Assembly: GCA_030248215.1 (NCBI GenBank)
Contig: JASANG010002509.1
Coordinates: 620,001-684,000 of the forward strand
Length of the DNA stretch: 64,000 nt
From: Enoplolaimus lenunculus
Lineage: Eukaryota
Direction: 5' to 3'
A program made the translations under genes and the position numbers. A model generated the notes under the pieces. It worked only from the letters and a program-made list of their open reading frames with translations. It had not been told where the DNA came from and ran no database searches. Below, piece after piece: positions 24,401 to 37,600 of this stretch; position 1 is the stretch's first letter, and every line of letters begins with the position of its first letter.

Positions 24401-27400
24401 ACTGAAAACAAGGTATTGTTGTAGCAAAACTTATGTAATGCATCTAATCGTTCAGTGCGTTGGGACATGGTTGATAAAGTAACATATTCTTAGTATGGTC
24501 TTTTGCTAGCAGCACTATGTCTTATTTGCTATTATTAAATCTAGTTTTAACGAAACTTTTTGTTCACTTTCAGCGCTATAGGATGGTTTTAAGAATTTAT
24601 ATTAAGTGAATACATGTTTTGAAATGGTTTGTATTTCTAGCCAATATATGGCACTGTTTACAGATAATGTGTTATCGTAATAATGGATTTGTGATTTGTG
24701 GTAGCGGCCCTGAAGAAGTATTTCGCCTTGCGCGTATATTAAGTCTTGCGTGTGAAACACAGGTAACAATGTGCACCAAAACAATACTAACAGACTAATA
24801 AATTTTGCAGCCGACAGTGATTAAATTATGCTAACTAATAGGATAGGAGCTTACTAACAATGCGGTCAACGTGTTTATTAAAACTAACCTATGCTATATT
24901 TTAACTTATTGTATTATTCAATTGAAATGTCTACAGGTAATGTTTCTGCAAAGCGCAGGTGTACTCGTATGTGGTGCTGGTCCTGAAGAAACATTCAATT
25001 TAACGTCTGGTTTAATTAATGCTTGCGAAGCACAGGTACTTAAGTGTCGTATGGTGCTAGACCGGATGCTGGTGAAACTGTTTAAAAGCAGATCTTAGAG
25101 TTCAACACAATATGTTGTGTCCTGAGGGTATTGAATGGAAATTATTTGCTGTTTTGACTTGATTTTGTTCGCTATATTGTTGCTTGATTTGAGATGGGTC
25201 TAATGCTCGCTGTTAGTAATACTCGCCAAGCTTTCTGATTGCAACATTTCTTGTTTGATTTCTTATATTTCTCTAGTAAAGGGTAACCAACTATAATCAC
25301 ATGCGACACTGTATTTTAAGTTGTAAGCTCTCTATGTTCTGTTTCTTTCGGTGACCCATCTATTGAACTGTTAGTTCAGAAGTTTTCAGCAGGAACTTGG
25401 ACTTCCTCGTGGACCTTTATGGCAACTATCTTTAGCGTAGTTTTTCAACAAAACTTACCCGGGTTTTCAAGTTTAACATCAAGCTAACGTTGGGTAATTT
25501 TCATTATCTGCATTATGTTATTTGCTTCTTAGTCTTTTTGCAACGAACGTTAAGTAAATGCCTGCTTTTATTTGCATACCTTCGGTCCAGGGTACAACCG
25601 AAATTCTGGTTCCGGCATTTTTACCTCCCGGTAAGTAAATTTTTACCCTAATTAAAAATTTCGGTATTAAATATTGCTCGGTGGAATTTAAGATATTTAA
25701 CAAAAAATGACGATAAAAATTAAATAGATTTCATAGATTTCATTATTATAGTATGCAAACCTTGACAGTCATCGAAAATAAACCATCGAAGGTAGATTTC
25801 GCTTCTTTGGATTATAAAAATCTAAAATACAGCAATTAAAGTAAATACCTATCTCCAACTAGGGTTATTTCACCAATAAGGTGGCAAAAATGAAAATTAA
25901 AATGATTTTTTCGGTTGCAATATATTTTTATTTGATTTTCCGATTCCGGTTTCGGTAATTTTTCAAATTTCGGTTCCGGTAAATTGTAATTGCGGTTGCA
26001 CCCTCCCTGCTTCGGTAATATTTATTTTAAGTTTTTTTGGTTCTTGTAAGTAACGGTTGTTTTCTATGTTTAAATATTGATAGTGCAGCTCGGTGAATAC
26101 GTATCACTGCGAAGCATTCTGCACAGTAGTACTTATTAGGGCTGACGTTCTAAACGTCAATTTGCGTTAGATAACGTATTTTTTTAGGTTTGCCCTTGCG
26201 GAAAAAATCACCCTGGCTCAAAATTATTTGTATTAACAAGGAACAGAAAGATATTGTTTCGGGTTGCCATGCTCAAGGCTGCATAAAACCTAATACAGCG
26301 TGCAGATATAACGCCGTTGTGTTACATTGCTACGTAATGGATTCGAAAATAATCCCTTTGGAGTTGCATATTTGAATCCGGCGCTAATCCGAAGTTGGCG
26401 ATAAACTTTTCATTTTTTCTTGCAGGTTCGCGCCGCGCGTGCTGGTATTGAAAACTTAAAAATCCCCTCTGAACAAGTCCAGCGGTCCGCGTATGAAGCA
26501 GCGCAAGCCGCAAACGCTGTCGGCGCTCAACTGCAAAAACAATGGCGTCCGGGCGAATTGGAATGGGAAGCTTGGATGCGGGTGCTCGATAATGCGGTAT
26601 AATTTGAGTAGTAGGCCTGTAGATTGAGGTTTCTCGAACACTTTCCTCACATGTTAGGTTAAGGGCTTAGAATTATGCAAATGTTTAGAAAAATGCTTTA
26701 TGCTTATGTTGTGTGATAATGCGATATGTTCTATGCAAAATTTCTAATGATTGAGGGTGTCTTTTGCAGTTTTCATTAAATTAAAGGTTAAGTCTAGCAA
26801 ATGGCTTATGCTGAGGCTGCTCGTTGAAGCGGTTTAGTTTGAACAATATTCCTAAAGATTGATGGTCCATGTACACTTACTACCACACATTTAAGCTTAA
26901 AGTGTACGCTTAGGCTTAGAATTATGCTAAAACTTATGAAAGGTTTACGCTTAGGCATTCGTAAACCTTTATCCTAAGCCTAAGCCTGAATGTGGAGGAA
27001 ATGTACAAAAGCCAGATAGAACTACAATTGCTGTTGATTTTGATATAATTACTTATCATGGGCCAATAAAGCGCGGAAAACACATTTGCAGATAGTAACT
27101 CATCGACTTACAGACAGTACGGTAATAAATATACAGTGCAAACTGTAATAAATCGGTGTGGCTTCACAAGTTTTCACGTTTGCACATTTGGTACATCCTT
27201 ACATAAGTTAAATGCCTTAACTTAGTCAGGTTTTCTGGCATTTTTGGATTCAAAATATCAGAATTTTTATTGTTTTCGCTGCAAGCGTTAAAGTTGGCTC
27301 TAAAACAAATTGCAAGGTGACCTTAACAAATGGTCATTTTATTTATAATGGCGTACTATTTTAGACGACTGTGTGAAGGAAATTTAGCTTGTAGCAGCAC

Positions 27401-30400
27401 TATTTTGAGCTTTAGAGTAGCATTGATTAAGTTATTTATCAATAAATTGCACTGACTTTAGTTTTATGAAAGGTAACAATTTGTATTTAATCGCTGGAAA
27501 GCTATTGTGGGTCTGTTTTAAACTCTTGAACAACTGTTTATTTTAAGCTGTATAATAAATGCAATTGCTTATTTTCAGGGCTACAAAACAGGACATGTAT
27601 ACCGCGGTAAAGCGTTGATAACGGGGAAAACTGAAACAGATGGTGCTCCGTTAGATATACTAGACACAACGTAAGATATTTAAAATTGTTAAACCCGCTT
27701 CGTTGCTAAGTTAACCGTCATCCGATTATACGTTTAGTTGACGGAAATAACGCGGGATGAGTCTATTACTTGTTGCACGGTTACCTCAAAGTCTTCCTTG
27801 GCGGAAGATTGTTGAAAATGCTGTCTCGCTGCAGCCCGGAAAAACCTTGAAAACTCAAAACCTGAACACCTTTGCAAAGTGCAATATCTCGGCGTATAGT
27901 GTTTGATTATGCGGATTACTGCAAAACTAAACTGAAACGACGGCTATGTTTTTCGAAAGTACACTTGGCGTTAGGCTTTATCAATTTTGATTAGCTAAGT
28001 GTCAGTGAAACAGTCTGCTTTTTGCGTAGTTTTTAACATGAAAAATGCATAACCGCTTGACGGGTTGAAAATATTGAATTTCACTGAATTTTTGATGTTC
28101 GAAATACAGTGTTCTTTGATTTGTCTCCTTAGCGACAACCAGTTAAACTTTGTTTTATTGGGTCATCTTTTATTTTAGCTCTCCGAATAAACTATCTACA
28201 ATTCGAGCTGCGCAAGAAAAATTGCGACTTGCACAGGTCCGAAATTCGTATCAAAAAGTGGAGATTGTTGAATCGGGTCCAGGTGGCGTTGGGGCTTCCA
28301 AGAAAATAACTAAGGTTAACTAATTATTTTGTTTAGTGGCATGTGTTTCTTTCTTCAAACTAAGCTGACGCCTCAAATCTCGGTTATGCTAACGTAATTA
28401 AATACTTCAGCCCGTTTTTTATGATATATCGGTTTAAAATTTATTTCAGTGGGTAGAATCTTCAAGTCCAAGCCATGTGGCGACAGGTGGAAGTAGCAGT
28501 GGTGCTTTTGCAAATATGTTAGCTGGCACCAAATCGCAAGACAAGCCCGTACCTCCGCAACCACTGGTTAATACGAAAGAATTCAAGGAACGACAGCAAC
28601 AGGTTCATTGGTCATTATAACATATTCGTTTATAAGCCGTTCACAATAATTTTGCCAACAGTACCGCAAAATCTGTTATAGACGAGCGCAATCACGACCT
28701 CGTTTTGCACTGTGATGCTGTCTGAAGCGGTTGGATTCGTGTTCAGAAATCCAGGGATGGGCAGTATCGGATAAAAATCAAGACCGAGACCGAGACTTGA
28801 TTACCGAGACTGGCCACGCAAAGTCTCGGTTTCGGTTAATTTTCAGTCATCACAGAAAAAAGTTACTATTTTCAAAATAAACACCTCCTAATGCTTTGTC
28901 GTAGTTTTTTGTGTTTTAGACGTTTCTGTACTTTTTATAGGCTTTTATATTTTTTCACAATATCTGCTCGTAATTATTGCGTAACTGAAATTTAAGTTGT
29001 CGGTTTCAAACCACCGAGACTCAAAAAAGTAAGACCGATGCGGAGACCGAGACCGAGACCTGCCAAATACCGAGACTTTCCGAGACCGAGACTTCCATCC
29101 TTGCAGCTCTCAACCAGTCAGATTGTGATTATGAAAACTCAAATTAATATGCCGATTCCTAAAATATTGTAATTGTTGAATTGTGTTGCTGCGTGAATTC
29201 TTACCAACGTTCATATAGTTTCCATTTCCATAAGATTTATTTCTGGCTTTATCCTAATACCTTACTTGCTGAATACTAAGCTTTATAAGAATGATCTGGA
29301 TGTTCGTTATGTTTCAGATCAAAGATGCTCGGCAAAAAGATCATGTCAGTGCAGGTCCACAATCTCATATTTTAGAATGTAGCGGTTGGGAAGAAGCATC
29401 GCGCATTAAGGTAAAACGTGGTTAATGGTTTACTAGTTTTATCGTGCGACTTAATAGAACTAGAGTTAGATTGCTAGCACAAATAGTTACTGGACATTGG
29501 CTGAATTTCTGAAACCCTACATAAGTATGACTTGGTACTTAAGTTAAGTAAATACTTAAGCCGCGGGCTAAATCTGACAGATTACAAGCTAACCACTTTT
29601 TTGTTATGATTGTGGCTCACGTTTGTCGTTTACCAGTTTTGTTCGAAAAGTCAAGTATTTACTTAAGTCAGCGACTTAATTAATTACTTAAGTATAGCTT
29701 AAGTAAATACTTAAGTAAGATTTTAGAAGCCCAGCCATTGTCACCTAAATAAGCATATTATATTGTATAAAATAAGTTAACGACACTTAATAATATGTGC
29801 ATAACAGAGTCATTAAGATTTTAGTGTAGATGTTCAAGGTTTCAGAGACTGTGTAACTGACCAACTGTGTCTAAACACCTTGAGGTCTCTTTTAATTCAT
29901 ATCTATCTGTCTATCTATCTATTACGCCGTCAGATATGTTGGGTAGTTTTGTTTTGAACTAATTATTGTTGGACATTGCTTTGATATAATTTTAAATTCT
30001 GTGTTTCTGAATATCTCACCAATGTTCGCGAAATCGTTTATTCGGATTGGCGGTTGTCTTAGTGTAATGTAATACACCATGTTCTTTCTGTTTTCATGTT
30101 TGTAAGAATACTCGTGTACGCTTCCACATGATGATAATATTGTGATTTTGTAGGAGGCAGTAAGTGCTTCAACAACAGCAGCAGGTGCTGGATTGTATCA
30201 TGTGAAATCGTCACCTGGTGCGAGTCCAGGTGCCGCTGGGGCTGCGGTACTTTCTGGTGGTGGCGGCCTGGGCCCTGGTGGCATTGGCACTGCGTCCAAA
30301 GGCATAATTGCACGTGATCACCGCGACTCAGCGCAAGTCTACACACGTCTGTTTCAACCGAATCCGTTCGCAGTAGAAACAGATGAAGAACTTGAACGCT

Positions 30401-33400
30401 ATCGACGTGATGTTGAAGCGAAGTTGAAACACACAAGTGTAGACACGGCGCTTGGGTCCGGTGATCATGGCATGGGTGCCATTGTGAATGGAGTAGTCAA
30501 GGACGAGGCTGACGCCGTTGGCAGCGTCCATCACAGAAACGGGGACGTTGCGAGACATGGAATACAAGGTAATGATAGGTCGGCTGATTTTAGCATTTTG
30601 TTGTGCATTTGCATTAAACCCATCATTTCTATTGTTTCCCAACGCTAAATTTGAGTAACGTGCATAGAAAACGGTGTATAACGTAGCATGACGTGTCACC
30701 GGGGGTCGGTTAAGTTATCACACTCATAGTAATATATGGTATTCACTTCTTACGATATGGGGTATTTGTTTCCGTTGAGCCCAACTTTAACTTTTATGGC
30801 TGTTGCTCACATTTTGAGCAAATCATATGCCCGGGCCCGGCAGCGAGATGGTTCAAAATATGGAGAAGTTACTTTTGCTATAATTATATAGTAGCTGGGT
30901 TATGAAACAGGTATGTCATTCTTCAGATTTTGATATTAGTTTCTGTTAAGAGCGTCATCTGTCTGGGATAGTAGAAAGATATTTTACGAACGCTGTTTGG
31001 TCTGTTTTGCATAATATTTTTTATTTAAGATATACAAAGTTCACCAAAGAAAAGCCAACCGCATACAGCCGTTAGTTATACACAAGATGCACATTATCCA
31101 CAAGATTCGACTGTTGAAATTAGCTTACCCGGTAAGCCAATGTGGTAGAAATATTAACAATTTATGTATTTGTTTTGGTGACTAACCCAAATATTCCAGG
31201 CCCTCAGAGCTACCATAACTTGGATAGTGACATTAACGCATTTTAGACGGTCATTATTTCAAATGACACCTTAGTTTGAGTGCTGTTTCTTTAATTATCT
31301 ATTAATTTATGTTTCGGTTCCTACAATACCAGTTTTAGAAATACTAAAACGGAAAGTCGAAAGCATACTAGTTTTTTACCGATCTCAAATTTCGAAAAAC
31401 TATTGCCGTAAAACTAGTTTTTCGATCAATTTGAACTGCGAAATATGTTTATTTATTTCGCAAATTTAAGCTCTATTATAGCGCTGTTTAATTTTAAAAA
31501 CTTTTGGCGACATTATAGATTTCTATAGCGTCGTTTTGCAGCAAATCGGTTTCAAAGTTAAATATTGCTCTAAAAGTTTAAATTCAACATTTAAATTACG
31601 AAATTTTCGTCACCAAAAACACCGGAAAATCCTAAGAAAAACACCGGATTTAATACCGGATCGGAATGGGTAAATATAGCGCATTTCCACATCCGAGCCG
31701 GAATTCTGGTTGCATCATAGTATTGTGTCTTAAACTAACTTGTCGTTTTTGGAGAATCTTGCTCGCTAATGCAAATTAAACCTAACGTCGAAGCAGCAAA
31801 GTCGGATTCGCAAGATACTACACAGCCACAGATGGAACGGCCTGAAGGTTGGAATTGTATGCAAGCAACCATTATTAGACTGTGCATTTCCTCCAGTTTG
31901 CATGCTCTGCCTTTCCCCCCCAAATAACAGTGTGCAGTTATTGCCCGAATTAGCTTAGTAATGTTGTAGCTTAGTAGCAATGAGTTTACAATTTGCTTTT
32001 GTGCTGTGTTGCTGTGATGTGTGTTTTGCATCTTGGTTGTACCTGGTTTACGGCGTGTACAGCCAAGGACGTCTGCTGACATATATTATCGAATCTCGGT
32101 GAATAATTCTGTAGGTAAAGTAATTGAAATGATCTGACCAGCCTAATTTTGACTGCGGTATTCCAACGTAGTAATTTAGTTCATTTGAACTTTTTGACAC
32201 ATATATACGATGCTTAAGGGTTTTATATAAAAAACATTTTAATAAGGATTTATTGCGGTGTCAGCGATAAAACTGTGTGAATGCATATTGGGAAGCGCTG
32301 CGATATGAAGAGTGATTGTAGCGAAAAGTTCGTGTAGCTGTTTATCTCAGTGGTTAGAGCAGCGCCTCGGTAATTTGAAGGTCGTGGATTCGAGCCACAC
32401 CGCATCTGCAAAAAAGTTTCTCATAAATTGCTCTATGGTACTCTTAAGTTAGAGTTGCTTAATAAGGGCTTAATAAGAATTTGCGACGTTGTCAATGATA
32501 AGATATATTTGAATGGTCGCAGTGGAATGCGTTGCGATATTAATTTTGTGCGAATTGTGTTAGTAGAGTTTCTTTGTTTAACGTAATATTTATTATTTTG
32601 CCTGCAGCGTGTATATGTTTATTCTTTGAGCAATAATTATTGTTTTTCGATATGTAGACATTCTATGTTTTGCAATAATTTTCGTTTAGCAGTATCCCCT
32701 GTGTTACGCGAGCATCGGCCTGGACATAAATTGCCTGAACGATTAAACGTGGCTACAATCGATAACGTGGGCCGTCGTCACCCGGAACCAGTTCAACAAA
32801 GGCCTTCAACGTCGTTTTTTCAACGATCCCGATCTGATAGATTTTTTCGCCGCCCTGTGTGTAAGTGATCCATGGCAAGGGTGTAGCCGAGGGTTTAGGA
32901 TTGTTAGATGTCATAAAATTTATTCTATTCAATTCAAGTCTACCTAACCTGTTCTGGCAGTATTGTGCTCAACATATTTGCCACTAGGATTGGCTGTTGT
33001 CATTTTCGTTAGATTGATAGTCTGGATTCGCTACTTGACATACACGTCAGCATCCATAAACATTACCAATTAGGAATTAGTTTTGGATTATGGTTAGCAC
33101 TTGGAAACGAGTTATTTTATAAGCGGTATGGACTATGGTGCTAGCAGGCAATTTTTACTGTTTGTTGATTTTGTAAGATTTGTTTGGCAAAGTTGCTTGC
33201 TAACTAAGTTTACAAAAATGTACTCAGTTACCATCACGTAACGTGAGGTTTTAAAATATATTTTTCTAGCCACTGAAGCTAAATTTGCTCGCTATGAGCA
33301 CTCGTTTCCTATGTATCTATTGGTTGTGCGTTTCAGCAAATCACTGTGTTATTTTTTTGTTATATTTATTTTGGACTTTACTCGGATGTATTTTTGCATG

Positions 33401-34686
33401 AAGGTAATAAATATGTTGTATGTAAACTGCGGCAATAAGCTAGCAGTAAATGGCATGAATACGTATTATAGTTTTATCGCAAAGGTTTGTATTAATGTTG
33501 TTAAGTGTTTGTTGGCTGTTTGGTGTGTAGCAAACTTTTGTATGCATTTTTCGTTTTCAACAAACCTGTGTGAACAACTGCGGTTACATCAACGGGAACG
33601 ATACATATTGAAGTTGTTGTGTTAAATTAAGAAACCCAAATTCCGATTTAAAACGGTAATTTTCAAACGCATAGTCAGAGGTGGGGTTTAAGCATCAAAT
33701 CCTCGTGTTACTTGTTAGGAACATTTTCCGGTAAGAGTAGTAGTACAAGAAAGCGTCTTCGGATTTTTATGAACGTAACTCCCATTTTTCTAAGATCGCG
33801 TCATGACTACGACCATGGTAATTTTAACGTATTATCTTGGTCTCTGCTTTTACGGTTGTTGTGGTCTCTGATTTTACGGTTTCTGCCTTTTGTTGATGCA
33901 ACTAAGGTTTGGAGAAGCAACAATGATATTATTTGTACATGTTTCAAAATTATTTACGGCGATTGGCATTCTCATTTTGTCCTTGGATCAGGATAGCTTT
34001 ATGGTCTTCTTTCTTGTACAGGCATTGTTTTAGCTTAGTAGTGCCAGCGTAAACGTTTCAGATTTGACAGTTTTCGGTTTGAATGATCAAGCAGACTATA
34101 AAACTGATTTTGAAGCGTTGCTGTGTTCAATGATTGCTTATTACTGGCAAATTGTTATCAACGCATTTATAAGAGTTATCCAGTTTGTTTATTTCAGCTC
34201 ATCCTGTTAAAGAACTTGAAACAATTCGAGGTGCAGTCAGCGATGACGAAGGCGCTGTCGGAGAAGCTGGATCTGATATTAAAGGCGGCCATGTAAGTAT
34301 ATTTTAGTCGTTTGTTTTTGACTTAGAACATGGTTGTTGTCTTGTATCAGAAATCTAACTTATTATGCATATAATATACATTATTGAACCAACGGCGTAG
34401 CAAGGAGTGTTAGGGATCAAACCTTCCTTTTCTGCATTTTTGTTCAGGGATTTTAGGAACGGTTCGTTTTGTTGGTAGCACAACAAACCTCGCTGTTTGA
34501 AATTTTTAAATTTTTATAGAACGTACCCTACCTTTCGAAAATCCTGATTACTGATTTTGCAAAATGATTTACACGTTTTGCTGTCGACTTTTGATTGTAT
34601 AATTGTGACTGTTTCAGACCGCTGATAAAACCAAAAAGAAAAAGAAGTTTGGATTCTTCAAGAAGAAAAACAAGGAAAAGCCTTGA
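21459..34686 (+). CDS. add-1: Adducin (class II aldolase-like head, neck, tail, basic MARCKS-like end), about 832 aa; exons 21459-21575, 21953-22211, 22841-22992, 23207-23305, 23792-23923, 24269-24412, [24664-24762 or 24937-25035], 26426-26596, 27579-27670, 28179-28314, 28450-28602, 29318-29410, 30154-30568, 31030-31131, 32690-32860, 34198-34292, 34618-34686
   Basis: Adducin motifs: DPEDPEYQKELQRP..KEDLSEMERRQRVRQILES; RNKLAAMCRLVDLFRWSQG; NPFGLLFHEITASSLIK; DIRCILHLH; AMKCGLLPISQEA; ELEWEAWMRVLDNAGYKTG; SAGPQSHILE; GIGTASKGII; PNPF..ETDEELERYR; KKKKKFGFFKKKNK. All junctions are GT..AG and in phase. The tail exons after 30568 are less certain. Confidence 0.93.
24664..24762 (+). CDS. add-1: Adducin alternative exon 7a (IMCYRNNGFVICGSGPEEVFRLARILSLACETQ)
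   Basis: TTTACAG| acceptor, 99 nt, phase 0-0, |GTAACA donor. Aligns without gaps to exon 7b. Confidence 0.85.
24785..24888 (+). promoter_or_regulatory. Cluster of CUAAC/ACUAAY motifs (candidate STAR-family splicing-regulator sites or branch points) between exons 7a and 7b
   Basis: TACTAAC at 24785, ACTAAT at 24794, CTAACTAAT at 24831, TACTAAC at 24852 and ACTAAC at 24883, all within a 174-nt intron. Confidence 0.6.
24937..25035 (+). CDS. add-1: Adducin alternative exon 7b (VMFLQSAGVLVCGAGPEETFNLTSGLINACEAQ)
   Basis: CTACAG| acceptor, 99 nt, phase 0-0, |GTACTT donor. Aligns without gaps to exon 7a. Confidence 0.85.
28752..29103. mobile_element. hAT-like MITE with (CCGAGA)n subterminal repeats
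   Basis: CAGGGATGGG ... TTCCATCCTTG inverted ends, with CCGAGACCGAGA clusters near both ends. Confidence 0.6.
32334..32410 (+). pseudogene. tRNA pseudogene or isolated SINE head in an adducin intron
   Basis: A-box-like CTCAGTGGTTAGAGC, B-box-like GGATTCGAGCC and partial acceptor-stem pairing. The anticodon stem (GCGCC/TTTGA) does not pair. Confidence 0.55.
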
Positions 34687-37600
34687 AATGCGATAATTGT
34701 AATTCTTTTCAAGTTTATTGCTTAATAGCGTAAAACCAGGAGTCCAAGTTCAATCCCAACTTTTGTCAGCAACTGTTGAAACGAAATATGTGAGCAAAAA
34801 GTTACAATTTTGCAACATTAACAATATTGATAATACAATTAAAGTGCAAAGCTATGAACCTGTTTTACGCTATTCGGTTCGTTTAATTGTGCTTTTTCTG
34901 GCAGCTTTACGCTTCGAAAACAAGAGCACTGTCCGAAACCGTAGTTATACACGCGTTTTCGGATTGTGATTGTCAAATTTATATAAATCAGGTTAGTTCA
35001 TACTACTTGTTCTTGGCGTGTGAAATAGCTGCGTTGTTGAATCTGGTCGATTTAAATGTTGCTAAAACTTCGTGTCGATGTATATTGTATTATGGCTTTG
35101 TCATTGTTATAGTGTTTGTTGAACAGCGCTTATTGTGCTCACTGCCTTGTGGCTATTCAATAATATATTATGTTGACGTGTAATATATTATGTTGATGTT
35201 TTTTTATTATTCGTGCTATTTTGAGGTACACAGTCATCGATACAGACTGGCGACTTGTTGCATAGTAATATGTGGTGCAAGTATATAATATGTCGTCTTG
35301 CAGGAAGACGTATTTCCAATTTTGATGCTGAGTGAGTTGTAACGGTATCCAACTTTTGTAGACCAAACTTGGGATTTTGAGAGTTTACATTTGAATCTGA
35401 TGTCGATTTTTTTGCTTAAAATTTATTCACTTGTCGTATGATATTTGTTGCTACATCGTAAAAGACTGGTCCTGAGAGTTAGCTATGGTATGGTTAAGCT
35501 GTGGTTTATAGCAGACAAGACACAATCATTGTTTTGTTCTATTTTGTTATAGTACTATTTTAAATTTTCGTTTTATGCTCCTGTGTAGTGCAGCGCAGGT
35601 TTTCAAAGCGTCCAGCCTAGAAAGCGTACACGTATATTCGACTCAAGAGAAGAATAGAATACGGTTAGTGTTTGAATTTAGGCATCATTTGTTGTTAGAT
35701 TTAGTCTTAAACTATGTGCTGCATAATTACGTATGTTTTAGTTTGATTGCTTTGCAATAATTGTAATATTATTATCGTACACAGAGGATAGCTTTAGCGT
35801 GTGTCATTTTGTATTGATAATTTATTTTAGTTTTACCTTAGAAGTGTGTCTTTGTGTTTTGAATCAATCTGCGCATGTATATCAATAAGCATATTTTTGG
35901 AATTTTATTGCAACCGTCAACCTGATTGGCAAGCGTTGTGATCAGCATGAAAAAGCATTATATAGCGACTGAACCGGTAAGCAAACCCGTTTAGTTTGAC
36001 CTGCTGGCTGGTATTTGTTTCAGTATAGATATTGAATCATCATCAAAATTATGGATAACATCATAATTTCGTTCGGCTTTTATACATTCTTTAAAAAGTT
36101 GGTTTTTAACAATGAAATTAGTGAAAAATAACTTTGAAAACTAGAATTCAGTTAAGTTATAGTTAGATATAGTTAGTAAGAATAATAGATCACCCATTTT
36201 CGCAAAAAATGATTGCATGGCCGTCATATTGCTTATAAGATAGAATGCGTGACAATTTATTTATTTGTATTTCTGAATTTTTAATTCTTAAAAATGTGAG
36301 TGTTGTTTAGACGTAATGGAAAATTAAACTTTCAAAACGGTGCCCCCCCCACAAAAAATAAGAATTGCAGCCCGCCCCTCTTAATACAAAAATCCACCAC
36401 ATATTTTAATCTGACAATTCAAAAGCAAAATAAAGAAAGCATTGTTTACTACAATAGCCGAAAGCGTCAAGACCTTAATTGAAATTACTAACGAATGAAA
36501 ATGCTTGAGATTTGCTAAAGAAGGTTATGCGTTTTTTGGAAAACCCGCAACTGCAATACGCTAAGTTAAACACAAGGAATTGTTGTATATTGAATTTTAA
36601 TGGTTTTGTATGTTTAGGTTTACACTTTGGAAATCTCTCTAATGAAATAATATTGTTTGTATGATTGAAATGTTTTATTTTTACAGTTTATTATTTTCGG
36701 GCAGTTACATTCGTTGTAATTGTTTTCTTGTCAGTATTCTGGTTTACCTATCAAACTTTAGCTCGGTAAGCAGGCAACGGAAACACAACAAAAAAACACG
36801 AAAAAAAAAACCCAAAAAACAAAAAAAAACCAAAAAAAAAAAAGAAAAAAAAAAAAAAAAAAAAAGAAACGAAAGAACCGACCATCCACGGTCAATGTAA
36901 AGAATAGGGTCGTAAAAGTAGTATAAGCTAGGCATATTCTTAAGCCTAAGCTTAGAATGCGCTTACACGTAAACCTAAGGACAAAATTAGTTTAAAGTTT
37001 AAGGGTATGGAGAAACTACAACAAACTAACAGTTATTAGATAGTGCAGGTCGAAAAACTTTCGATCTAATAAATCAAAGTGTGTTAAGTTTCGGAAAAAC
37101 GAATACAGTGGCTGGGTTTTATGAACAGTTACTTAAGTATTTAATTAAGTTATACTTAAGTGATTACTTAAGTCACCGAGTTAAGTAATTGCTTAACTTT
37201 TTGAACAAAAACAAACACACGCGTATGTGAGCTATTGTCATATCAAGGAAGTAATGGTTTCGCTTTATATTAAGCAGATTCCATGAGTGTACAATTTCAA
37301 TTAAACCAAGGTTAGTATGCCTCAATGGTTACTTTGTAATAGATCAAATTTCAGCGACTTACCTTTTTACTTAACTTAAGTACGCTTTTAAAACGAGAAA
37401 ATGTTAAGGAATGATTTAGCACGTACTTAAGTACTAAGTTTTAAGTAAGGTTTTGGAAACCCAGCCCGTAACTCTTAAAGCTGGCATATTATTGCTGTAA
37501 TCTCCATAATTATATTCTCCGTAAATATGCACTGTTCTCGTGCAGCCGTTAGCTACCGGGGTGTACAAGTCGTAGGCCAATTTGGATTGTGGAGTTCTGA

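Noticed and set aside
26188..26286. Third alternative adducin exon after TTTTTAG
   Set aside because: It has no similarity to 7a/7b and reaches an in-frame stop without a convincing donor.
36661..36935. Poly-Lys / poly-Phe ORFs
   Set aside because: They come from an A-run patch that looks like low-quality sequence.
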